Positions 1 through 11,262 of a DNA stretch of 64,000 bases are shown here, piece after piece. The DNA is from Antedon mediterranea (Eukaryota > Animalia > Echinodermata): positions 21,125,432 through 21,189,431 of the forward strand of contig NC_092679.1 in assembly GCF_964355755.1 (NCBI RefSeq), given 5' to 3'. The notes below the pieces were generated by a model. It made no database searches, was not told where the DNA came from, and was given only the letters and a program-made list of their open reading frames with translations. Position numbers and translations under genes: made by a program. How positions within the stretch are numbered: position 1 is the first letter of the stretch; every line of letters begins with the position of its first letter.

Positions 1-501
1 TAAGCCTCCGCGTATCAGTCGATAAAGTCACACCAATTTGAACCGACAAGCAACTTGCAGTCTTATTCCACTCTTCTGTAACTTTGGTAAGTTTTGAATT
101 ATTATTCGGAATTTCAGCAATGGTATTAAGTCATGGTTTTTGTTTGTTAAGTTTTAGTAACACTAGAAATTAGTTTTGTGTCGAGTGCGACTGTTAGTCT
201 ATGCTCTAAGCACAGTGACTTGCAGTATCGTGTTATTTCCACGCCTGTGACGTCACTGTTATTGTGTTTGCAAGAATGCTTGCTTGCTATCTTTCCTTTA
301 GAACTCTACACATACTGGAAAAATCAAATACGATTTTAAGTTGAAGGCGCGCATGCATAGGAACTCTCCCTTTCTCGAAATAATAATAGATTATAACTCC
401 CCTACCTTAAATCAGCAAAGTGTTTGTTTGATGTATCTATAATGACAACATTTTATCAATAATGTTTCATACACTCCAGATAACCAACCAACCACTACAT
501 C

Positions 502-894
502 ATGCCTGGTAACTTTAATGGAACCTGGAGCCTCGCCAAGAGCGAAGGTCTCTCAGCACTTCTTGATGCCGTCAAAGTTCCAGCAGAAAAGAGGCCATCT
601 GACGACAACGCTACTGTATCCATCACCCAAAGTGGTGACAGCTTCACCATCAAGACTACCACGGCTGCTGGAACACGAGAAGCTAAATTCTCCATCGGTA
701 CACCATTTGTAGATGCAGACATCAAGCAACTGAGAGGCAAAGACATTGAAGTCACACCAGAATGGAACGGAGACAAGTTGGTAATGAAGGGACAAGGTGG
801 CAACTCGTTGACCCGTGAGATCGTTGGTGGACAGATGGTCGTGACCTTTGACTTCGGTGGCGTCTCTGCAAAGAGATTCTTCAACAAAGCCTAG
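502..894 (+). CDS. Intracellular lipid/fatty-acid-binding protein (FABP/iLBP family), 130 aa, single coding exon
   Basis: N-terminal FNGTW motif, a TQSGDSFTIKTTT beta-strand, KFSIG, LTREIVGGQMVVT and C-terminal AKRFF, at typical FABP length. Probable 5'UTR intron 87-479 (G|GTAAGT ... CCAG). AATAAA signals near 1024, 1067 and 1189. Confidence 0.9.
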   Translation: MPGNFNGTWSLAKSEGLSALLDAVKVPAEKRPSDDNATVSITQSGDSFTIKTTTAAGTREAKFSIGTPFVDADIKQLRGKDIEVTPEWNGDKLVMKGQGGNSLTREIVGGQMVVTFDFGGVSAKRFFNKA

Positions 895-1542
895 ACGAAT
901 CCAAATATTCGTGAAGATGTACATGAAAAAATTGTTGTCAGAGAGAACAGAATGAAAAAACATCAAACGAAAAAGTTATTTAAAAAAAAACTAAAAAAAA
1001 AGAGGAAAAATTTAGGTGTTTCAATAAACTGTGTGTTCTGAAGATAAATAATTGTAGTTCTGTAACAATAAACCGTTTAAAATACTAGGTCACTACCTAC
1101 ATGGTTAATATTATTGTAATTTTGGCGTAAAGCTAAAAACAGAAGACATGTTTATTTGTAATAATTAAAAATGATCTGAAGATTTGAAAATAAAAGTTGA
1201 TTAATCTTGGTTGGTATCGATATTATGTTTATTTTATTTTCTTACGACATTATGTGTAGAATGATGATGATAATGATTATAATATGCTGACGAATAGACA
1301 GAAGACGTTTTATTATGAACATTTGGTTGTCTGGATGAAGTGCGAAAGATATATAATAAACTTTCACGTCCTTATTCACTTTTGGCGTACCATACGTAAC
1401 GTTTATACAGCGCCACCAATAAATAGTCGAGAGTCTTCTTGCTTCTTGTCGAACAAAAAAAACACAAAGAGAAAAAAAGACGCTGAATGAATGAAAGAAA
1501 CAGAATAACAAAAGAATTGTTATTACAAATGTAAATTTGAAG

Positions 1543-4500
1543 ATGGATTTATCAATCAAAAGAAATACTGAAATAGAAAATGAGAATCAGGTTTGTCAGT
1601 ATATTCGTTAGATTCTTTAGTTTTAGGTTCAAAGCTAGGCTCAATAAACTTGCCACCGGTAACGCGATGAACGACCTAGCGAGAGAGCATACGACCCTAT
1701 AAGTCAGCTTCCTTGACTCAGGCCTAGCATTGGTAAATAAACGGACACATGTTATGTTGGAACTCAGCGTTCTGTTTTGTTGTGAATAAACCATAAAGCC
1801 ACAATGTATGCTATTTTACCAATTAAATACATAATTATTATCTATAATCAATATTACTTGCACATTATTATTATTATTATTTTATAATATTAAATAATAT
1901 ATATTATTTATTAATTTACAGTTTTAAGGTTATAATTTCTTTTTATTAATTATTGTTTTTTTAAACCTTCTGTTAGCCAACTCTTGTGCCCACAACCATA
2001 GACAGTACGCCTCCAGTTGTAGCAACAGAAACTAGGCCTAGGCCTAATGAAGAAAACATAAACAAACCACCGCAAACAGAAGACACTATGGAATGCCAAA
2101 ATCAAGAAATAGAAGATGAAGGTAATAAAATGAGCACTCAAAATACAGGTACAGGTGGTAATGGTACCATTAAAGACACTATGACAGAGGAACATGCCAC
2201 AACAGAAGTGTGTGATAAAATCGAAGAAAGTGCTGCAACGGCTGATTGTGATAATAAGGAGAAGGCCTTGCAAAGTGTAGACAATGTGAAACAAAGCAGA
2301 GGTGATATTGATAATGTGGATGAAGTTAAGTCTTTGGACTTGAGACTCAAGGATTGTGGTGAAGTAGAAAATTTGGAAACTGTTAGTAGTCCATCTGAAC
2401 CTTGTCAAGCAGATAAGGAGAAGAGTAATCCAGAAAAAGCAAAGGAGTGTGAACAAGAAAATGTGGAGTGTGATGAGGAAAAGGTTGATGAGAAAAAAGT
2501 GGAGGGTGATGATGAAATGATGGAATGTGATGATAAAGAGGTAGAATGTGATGAGAAAGTAATGGAGGGGGATGAAAAAGTGATGGAGGGTGATGAGAAA
2601 GTGATGGAGGGTGATGAGAAAGTGATGGAGGGTGATGAGAAAGTGATGGAGGGTGATGAGAAAGTGATGGAGGGTGATGAGAAAGTGATGGAGGGTGATG
2701 AGAAAGTGATGGAGGGTGATGAGAAAGTGATGGAGGGTGATGAGAAAGTGATGGTGGGTGATGAGAAAGAGGTGGAATGTGATGAGAAAGGGGAGGAGGG
2801 TGATGCGGAAAAAGAATCATGTGATGAGAAAGAGAAAGTGAATGATAAGGAAATGGAAAAATCACCAGCAAAGGATGGAAGTAAGGTTGGAGAAGAATCG
2901 ATAGATAATAAAGAAAGTGAAGAAAAACACACAATGGAAATAATTACAAACGAGAATGAAACAAAGAAAGAAAATGGAAGAGCAATGGAAGATGTTGAAG
3001 CAGATGAAGAACAAAGGTACAGCAATTATATTTCAAAAACAAAATAAAGTTTAAAATAATAGTTGCAGTGTTGCCGCATGTTATGCATAACATTTTTATG
3101 AAATTGTTTATAAAGCTCTGTCAAACTTTATGTGATGTGCCCATATATGGACATACCACTACCTTATTTGGGTATATCACTACCATATTTGAGCACTAGT
3201 TTTATAGTGTAGACAGAGCTGTACGTTACCATTGTTCATTTAAATTTCCAGCTTGTGTATGCCTCCTGAAAACCTGTTTGAGTATCAATGGCCACCTGAA
3301 ATAATGGGGGAGTGGTTTTTTGTCCAGGAACAGATCTGCGAATACCTTGGAGTCACATCATTCAAGAGAAAATACCCAGGTGTGTACAGTAATTTATAAT
3401 TAGAATAGACATTTATAATAGTAAGTGGTGAAATTCTAATTTGAGAAATGGTAGACATTTCAAATGCCTTCAATCCAAAATAGCTGGTGAAATATGCTCA
3501 GTGTGCGAAGGCCCCTGTTTTAGCACTCCTGAAGGGCCCTCCAATCCTTTGGTAGTTGCATTGGACTGCTCATGCTCTGAGGCCTCCTAAGCTGTGGAGC
3601 CTCTGAGTTTAGCCAGTCAGCGCTCATAGCCATTACACCACTGAATCCGCTGAATGAACATCTTTTCCTTGTATGCATCTTTTATAATAAATATTTGATG
3701 TTTTTTTTGTAAGATCTTGAAAGGCGTGTGATGGAAATGAAGGAAAAGGAATTTTTAAGAGAACGGGGCGTAGTAACAGAAGAACAGGTTACTCTAGGTA
3801 AGTTGATCATTGCGGATGTTCCACTTTTCTTACAGTAGGCCCCAAAAAAAGAAATATTTTTTACAAAAAACGCTGCTCATCTCACGATAACTTCTGTCTA
3901 CAGGCATTTCAATATTTACCAGCAAATGTTTTCATAGATTTACTTTTCCCAGATGCGCATGCCCAGTCTAAGTTTCCAAACATTTTTTCAGCTGTAGTAA
4001 ACTTTAAGCTACCACATGGTAACTGTTTCCTAATGCTTCCATTCTCTTAAATATAACTGTTTAAAAGAGCGGCACAAAAAACTTCTAAATCAAATTGAAC
4101 ATTGAAACTATAATCTGTTAGATAAATCAGCAAGCTTTTGAGTTAAAATAACGATTTTAAGGCAGCTTGCTTGTTATCAAATGCCTCATAATCGTTATTT
4201 TAGCTTGAAACTATCTGAAATTTGATTAAGGATATAATATATTGACTTAAGTTTTAATTTATTTGGTGCTTCAAAAAATAGATAAATTACTTTTGTTGTA
4301 CTTTAGGGCTCACAGCATTGAAATCTGAAGATGTGTACGATCTGATGGCCAAAGACTATAATAAAAAATATACCAATTATCTGAAAGTTTTACAAGAAAA
4401 GGAAAGACAGAATATTAGCAACAAACATAAAGAATATGAAGCTGTAAGTAATTTTAATGAAATATATATTCATGTACAGATAAAAGATAAAATGTAGTCA

Positions 4501-7500
4501 AAAATGTCTTTATAGCTCTGTCTACACCATCAAACTTTATGTGACAAAAAAATGGCCATACAGTATATGGACATGATGACATCATATCACTACCATATTA
4601 GGCGATATCACTACCATATTAGGCGATATCACTACCATATTTGTGTACATCACACTTTTTTTTGGTAAAAATAGTTTGATAGTGTAGAAAGAGTATTATA
4701 TTTAAAAACAAACAAACTTTATGTGACAAAAAATGTGATTTTCCCATATATGGACACGATGATATATATCATATCACTACCATATTTGGGCATGTCACAC
4801 TTTTTTCGTCAAAATAGTTTGATAGTGTAGACAGAGTATTATATTTTAAAACAAAGATGTATAGTAATCCTTGGTTTAGTATATCTCATTTTAATAACAC
4901 AAAATATTCTACAGCCGACTATGGACACAGAAAAGGTGAAGGAGTACACGAAACGAGCTGTACGACAAGCGGCTGAATACAACGCATCATTAATGCGGGA
5001 ACGCAAAGAGGAAAGGCAGTATTTTCTAGACATGCAGACCATGGTATGTAAACACACTGTACTCAATGTTTCTTTATAAATACATTATATATATACATAT
5101 CCCTATTAAGGCCAATTCAGAGAAACTGTTACGGTAAGCAGAAAACTGCGATGCTTGTCCCATGTAATCTGTATCTATCCTGAGTGGAAACCACCTAACG
5201 TTGTGTGTAAATGGACATAAATAACATAGATTCTAAAGTGTTATTTCAGTTACTGCTTGTCTGTTTAAATTGGCCCTTTAGGGGATACCTTCAGGACTCC
5301 TTAAACAGGGTTTGGCTATATTGTTAAAACATAAATTTCCCCTTAATCAGTTCACAGTAAAATGTCCCTGTACTAGGTATTGCCTGAATAGGGATAGGGT
5401 GTCCCAATGGAAGGATTCTACTGTGTTGCCTATGTTCTATACATTGAATTGTGTCTTTCTTTTCCCAAATATAGCTTAATGTACTACTTTATTAGATTTT
5501 TTAACCCCAACATAGGTCACATAAGTTATAATGTAAATGAACCAATAATCATGTTTTTATTTCTAGGTTGTCCAAGTTTCAAAAAACAGAGTTAAACAGA
5601 CTAAAAAAGAGATAACTAAAGTAGATGGTTATCCTGTGGCGCTTATTCCAGGCCAATACCAAAACTTCTATCGAAAGTATGTTAAGTATTTTCACAATCT
5701 TGTTATGTTAATATTGTATAGTTCATATTTAAACTCTGCAGTTAATAGTATTTAGTACTTTCAAGTGTAGTCGCAGTTGTATTTTACAAACCCTTGACTT
5801 TTGTAATAAAAATTAACCAATTCAATTAAGCTAAATGAATTTAACATTTGACTATCAATATTATGTATGGTTTTCCATTAGTAGAGTAATTGACTACATA
5901 GTTTGGTCTGACTGAGTGTAGCCATTTTCATGAAAAGAAGATCGTATACTGTACGAATACAATTTGTCTGCCTTGCTTACAGGTCTGCCAATGGTCTTGC
6001 TCTGGAATACCTTGCCCTGGAATACCTTGACCTGAAATACCTTGCCCTGGAATACCTTGCCCTGGAATACCTTGCCCCGGAATACCTTGCCCCGGAATAC
6101 CTTGCCCTGGAATACCTTGCCCCGAAATTTCTTGCCCTGCACCTTGCTAGAATTCCAAATCGATGTACTCAAAGTGCCAGTGAGAGGAAATTTGTCGTCC
6201 CTTTTCCTAGAAAAAAAACTTTCAGGAACAGTTTTATCTACAGAGCACCAACCTATCTGATTATGCTACCCTCCAAACTGAGAAATGCTGTGTCAATAAA
6301 TTATTATTATCTGTTCTAAAAAAGTATTTGCCGCCGAAAGAAAAATGACTACGTATTGTATAGTAGTGTATTGTATATTTTTGTACAGCCCTTTGTTTTT
6401 TTCATATTTGTTTGTTATATATGTTTATATGAGGGCCCCTTGATTGTCAGCACATGCTGTTTAGGGTTCTTTAACTAAGGTTAAATAAAAACAAACAAAA
6501 AACAAACTAATGGTTTATTATTATTTCACACTATAGATATACCCCAGATGAGTTGAACTACTTCCCCCTTACAACAGCTTTGTATGGGCCAGTACACTTG
6601 CAAGACCAGAAGAGGTTAGGCAGGCCAGGCTGGGAGGATGAAGAAGAACCAATATCAGATATCAGTGAGCCTGTAAGTGAACAATTACGTCACTAATAGA
6701 ACTTTTCTAAATGTCTGTCTACACTATCAAACTTTATGTGACAAAAACATGTGATGTGCCATATATGGATATGATGATGTCATATCACTACCATTTTGTC
6801 AAACTAGTTTGATAGTGTAGACCTTTAGAGCTTTACAGTGCAATGTAATCCCAGGCCCTTAAAGATGTAGTTTTCCCAAAAAACATGAACATTTTAATAA
6901 AATCAGACATTTTGCAGTTTTAATAAATTTAATCACTTCTGTAAAAAAAATTGTTTTCACTTATAAATGGTTAAATTCAACCAAAAACCTATTGATTTCC
7001 AGTCAATTAGACTATTTTTTGCTTTAAATTACAGTTTTTTTTCAGGTAAATCATTTTTGGTACAATTTTTGATCAAAGTGAATAACTATTATGCCTGCTA
7101 TTATGTGACATTAAAAAGGCAAATTCAACAAAAACTTTAGAAAATTTGACATACACAGTGAGACTGCATTGGTCATCATAAGAACCTATTTTTTCTATTT
7201 AGGGTACACCAGAACCTCCCTCTGCTGTTCCAGTAAGTAATGTTCCTCCCCCTGCTATACACATGATTCAGTTGGAGACACCTCAGAAGGAACAGCACCA
7301 GACGATGATGCCAACTTATAAGGTATACAAAAAAAGTGTGATATGCCCAAATATAGAAGTGATATGCCCAAATATAGTAGTGATGGACCCAAGTATGGTA
7401 GTGATATGCCCAAATATCGTAGTGAATAAGTTATGGACACATCATATTTTTTTGTCACATAAAGTTTAAAAGTGTAGACAGAGCTATAGTTAGACACTAT

Positions 7501-9437
7501 AGTTAACAAATTAAGGTAATAATACATTTTCTTCATATTTGTTATGTTTCAATTATTCACCTTTAAAATACCATACCTATAAAACTGAATACTGAATTTA
7601 AATCCTTTTATAGCATTTTAATATAACTTTATTTTATTTATTCAATAACTAGAACTATTATACAGTATAATACTCATATTGTTAATATTATTTTAACTAA
7701 TAATTGCTTGTCACATTAAAACTATAACAAAGCTTGTTTGGACAAAGCTCAAGAACTTGAGCACAATTTGACCAATCACAAACGATGGATTATTAAAACT
7801 GTTGTCTGTCATTTGTCAAGTATCTATGTACTTGCGATGCGTCCTAGTGAGCTGTGTCAGAAAAAAAAAATTTAGTTTCGGTTATTAGTAGTTTAATATC
7901 ATTTGTTCTTTTAGCCGAAAATAATAGATGACGCCATTTGTGGTCTTTGTCTGAAAGATAAAGCATGCAACAAATTCAATATACCAGAAGAGCTTATTCA
8001 TTGTGCACAGTGCGACAACAGTGGTAAGTTGTCATGACATGTCAGTACATGATTGTACCCGGTTACTGGAGTAAAAAAAGTAATATAGTTACTGCAGTAT
8101 TTTATAGTAGAATGCCTTGAGGTCCCAACAAAGTGTCCCCTTAATAGGTGTGACCCTGAATAGGGCTGTAGAGTCAAAACTTATATAGATATATCCTTTG
8201 GGACATATATTCAAGGGACACCTATTAGGGGAACAATTTTCTGTGAAATGAACGTGGGAAGTATATGTTTTAACACTACGGTGAACACCTGATCAGGGGA
8301 CACCCTTACTGAGGGGTTCAAAGGTGTACCCTTTTATAGAGGTTCTACAGTATTGATTCTAGTTCATTCTACAGAAAAATGTCCCTTTAATAGAGGTATC
8401 TCTATGGAGGTACTGTATGTAGTTACTATAAATAACTGGTTGAGTAAACCCTTGTTGTGTGTAAATGAACTGATCAGATTCACACATATAAGCGTGCATT
8501 ATGTTTAATACTATCAATTACATAAGCTGAGAGGTCCCACCATTGAGCAAAAAAATTAATTTGATAGCTCCATGGTCCCACCTCATAAATATGAATAAAT
8601 CAATATTTTTTTTACTTGTTTAGGACATCCTAGCTGTCTTGAAATGAATGATGATTTAGTAAATGAAATTAAAACCTATCCATGGCAGTGTATGGAATGC
8701 AAAACCTGCTTTTGTTGTGGACAGCCTACAGATGAGGTTAGTGGTTCATACAACGTTTATAACATCAATGTTAATATTTAAATTTGTTATTTATTTATCC
8801 TGTTTAACCTCTTCAGTCAAAGACTGGTATCCCAGAGGGCCCAGTTATGATCAGTGGCTTTGTGTGTTTGAACTAGTACACCGGGGTAACCTCCTACTCG
8901 TTTCGAAAGATGTACTACGTTCCTTAAAGTGCACTAGATGTGTACACTGGACCTACGGCTTATAGTCCTTATCCAGAAGACTCGTTCTACCATCAAGACC
9001 ATGAAGTGAGTGAGCCTCGAACCCTTGCCGATGTTTAGCTAGGTAATTATGGTTCCACTGACTTGGCCACTCACTCACAATGGGTTGTGATTTCTTACAA
9101 AGTAATCAGTTTTAGTAAACAGTTTAATCGAATTGAAATATTACAAACTCGATTTAAATAAACAAATCTTTGGTTATGTTTACAGGATAAGATGATGTTT
9201 TGCGATGACTGTGATCGGGGTTACCACACGTTTTGCGTTGGTCTGCAGGAAATTCCAACCGGGAAGTGGGCGTGTCCAAGTTGCCTTGCTTCCCAGGCTA
9301 AAGAGAAAGAACTGGCTGCGGCAGCACTTCTTGCGGCCGCAGCTGCAGCTACTCCAATTCCTGAGCCTGTTAACACACCTTCTGCAACTCCACCACCTAC
9401 CAAACGGAGAAGAACAGCTAAGAAAAGAGATCTGTAA
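1543..9437 (+). CDS. PHF10: PHD finger protein 10 (BAF45a/SAYP-like PBAF subunit), about 801 aa, 12 coding exons
   Basis: Exons 1543-1590, 1977-3016, 3252-3379, 3714-3797, 4307-4443, 4915-5043, 5567-5676, 6537-6672, 7203-7322, 7915-8023, 8624-8736, 9186-9437; all GT-AG and phase-consistent. The translation has PHF10 motifs [48 protein letters not shown] and a double PHD finger (ICGLC...[14 protein letters not shown]...[11 protein letters not shown]...[18 protein letters not shown]). The first exon is the least certain. Confidence 0.93.
2550..2770 (+). repeat. Coding 21-bp tandem repeat (GATGAGAAAGTGATGGAGGGT = DEKVMEG), about 10 copies, in PHF10 exon 2
   Basis: Directly visible near-perfect repeats with degenerate DEKEVEC-like flanking units. 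Confidence 0.95.
4516..4693. mobile_element. Short MITE-like element, TIR CTCTGTCTACACTATCAAAC...GTTTGATAGTGTAGACAGAG (representative copy)
   Basis: Same TIR and internal GCCCATATATGGACATGATG / ATCACTACCATATTTGGG core at about 3116-3217, 4715-4835, 6713-6822, 7330-7483 (reverse), 16270-16334, 18670-18735, 50315-50461, 59098-59452 and 61258-61474. Confidence 0.85.
6002..6140 (+). repeat. 15-bp minisatellite (CTGGAATACCTTGCC)n in PHF10 intron 7
   Basis: About 9 tandem units visible. Confidence 0.9.
6150..6510 (+). mobile_element. Degenerate 3' fragment of a CR1/L2-group LINE
   Basis: Peptide [22 protein letters not shown]...LPSKLR resembles a LINE ORF2 C-terminus, followed by a 3'UTR, AATAAA and an (AAAC)n tail. 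Confidence 0.55.
8815..9072 (-). mobile_element. tRNA-derived SINE with a Deu/Nin-like core in PHF10 intron 11
   Basis: The minus strand reads A-box GTGGCCAAGTCAGTGG, B-box GGGTTCGAGGC, then GATAAGGACTATAAGCCGTAGGTCC...GCACTTTAAGGAAC, similar to the Deu/Nin SINE core. Confidence 0.65.
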
Positions 9438-9940
9438 CTGTCTGGTAGATGAGTTTGCAGTTCTTACGGCCAGTTTTCATTCTTTGTTTTATGTATGTGT
9501 TGAATATCTTCAACCATTTCAGTCGTGGGTCTTGCATTTACAGTACAGACCTACTCTGATTAAATTCATATTGCAACGCCAGCAAAGAAAGGAGAACGTA
9601 AATGTATATTATTTGTACTCAGTTCGCAGACAACTGGGAATTTGCTTTTGGCTCTATCTGATCTCATCTGACATTGTATCTCCTACCACACAAGACTCTT
9701 TTTTAATAGTATAAATACTTTTATTGTACACATTTTCTAGACAGGTCAACTATGTAACGTTTTATCTGAAGGATGAGCCAATGACAGTACAGGACTCTTC
9801 CAGAGGACGCAGACAAGCATATTTCAAACTAGAAAACACTACTATAACGCCTTCTAAACAAACATTCCAAAATGGCTCCCTTCCTCCACAATCGCTTCCC
9901 CCTCTCAAGTGCTTATTTTATGACGCTATTGAAAAATAGA

Positions 9941-10073
9941 GCTTGGTTCCTAATAAGACGCAACGCAAGGACATAACGCAAAGTGATTTGACCAATCACA
10001 AGCGATGGGTTATTCAAACAGTCGCGTTTGATTGGTAAACTCGCTTGCGTTGCGTCGCTAGTGGGAACCACGC
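9941..10073. mobile_element. MITE with TIR GCTTGGTTCC(C)ACTAG...CTAGTGGGAACCACGC
   Basis: Terminal inverted repeats and GACGCAACGCAAG subrepeats; related copies cluster at 12361-13038. Confidence 0.7.
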
Positions 10074-10439
10074 TTTAGTGGTTGTTGCAATGGTTCATAT
10101 TTATAATTAATGGAGCTACCTTTTAAACCGAAGTAACGTCAATGGCGCACATACTCAAAGAATAAGAATAAATAATTTATAACATAACATGCTATGTGAT
10201 ATTAAAATTGAGAACTACAGAACGGGATAACAAAATATTTTTGTTTGAGCCAAAAACAACAGCAGATACAAATCCGCCACTTACAGTATAGTCAGAAACA
10301 AATTACAACAACTCAGAAACAGAGGAAGACTGGAATTATGTATAATGTAAGAACAAAATAAATGTGGTTTACACTGTACTGTAACACTTTTGGGGAAATA
10401 TTTGTGTGTATTATCTTGTGAACATTTAACAATTCGATT

Positions 10440-10680
10440 TCACCGCTTAGGACACTTGATACAGAGAGAGACTTGGGTTCAATTCCCGACAACTCCTTGT
10501 CTACTCAGCTGTAAATGAGTACAGTTGTATTGCAATTATGACGTAATTGATGACTAAATAAATGTTAACTTGTTTGAAAATACTAGGGAGGATAAGGTGG
10601 TGTGGAAAGGAACTGACCACCCTACCACATAATGCCGAGGCTTAGTACAATGAACTCCTAACATCTCATTCCCCTACTAG
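10440..10680 (+). mobile_element. tRNA-derived SINE remnant
   Basis: B-box GGGTTCAATTCCC followed by CTACTCAGCTGTAAATGAGTAC and AACTGACCACCCTACC, typical SINE core segments. Confidence 0.5.
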
Positions 10681-11262
10681 AAAATTGGCAAAAAAAATAG
10701 GTCTACAAACTATAAGTAGATATCGCATATGGTATTAAAACAATATTTGACGCTGGTTACGGTCAGTCGACTTTTTAAAGACTTTAAAAAAATGCAATGA
10801 CTGTATATTAACGTTAATAATTGACCGTAACATATAAACATACTTTAACAACCCATTAAACATATGTTTAAATGTCGTGGTTGTACACTGAAATAAGTCG
10901 AGAAAGCAGAGGTTACAAGACTGTTATATTTTCTTCAATTATATGCATACTTTTCGTTAGTAATGGTATTCATTTGATCTTTCAACGGTTTAGTTTGATT
11001 TGTACGAACCACGGTTTTGTTCAAAGCAAGAATGGATATTATACTGCAAGAGTGTGGCGTTTGACCTAAATTACAGTAAGGTTCTCCTTTGGTTTATTTT
11101 GCCAGATGCAAAGCTAACACGAAAATATTGATTAGCACTTTTCCGAAGAAAGTTACCGCTTTTTTACTAACAATAATTTTAATCAATGGAAATCGGCTGT
11201 TTGTTTGATTGTGTTGAGTAGAATTATTGACAACCTGTATTTTAGTCTGCCGTGATTTTAGC

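Noticed and set aside
495-887. 130-aa antisense ORF overlapping FABP
   Set aside because: Shadow frame of the FABP CDS; no family motifs.
2383-3025. Minus-strand ORFs with SHHPPSL / ITFSSPS repeats
   Set aside because: Antisense readings of the 21-bp coding repeat in PHF10.
5894-6319. ORFs with LEYLA / GKVFQ / NTLPW pentapeptide repeats
   Set aside because: Stop-free intronic 15-bp minisatellite running into a LINE remnant; not needed in the PHF10 exon chain.
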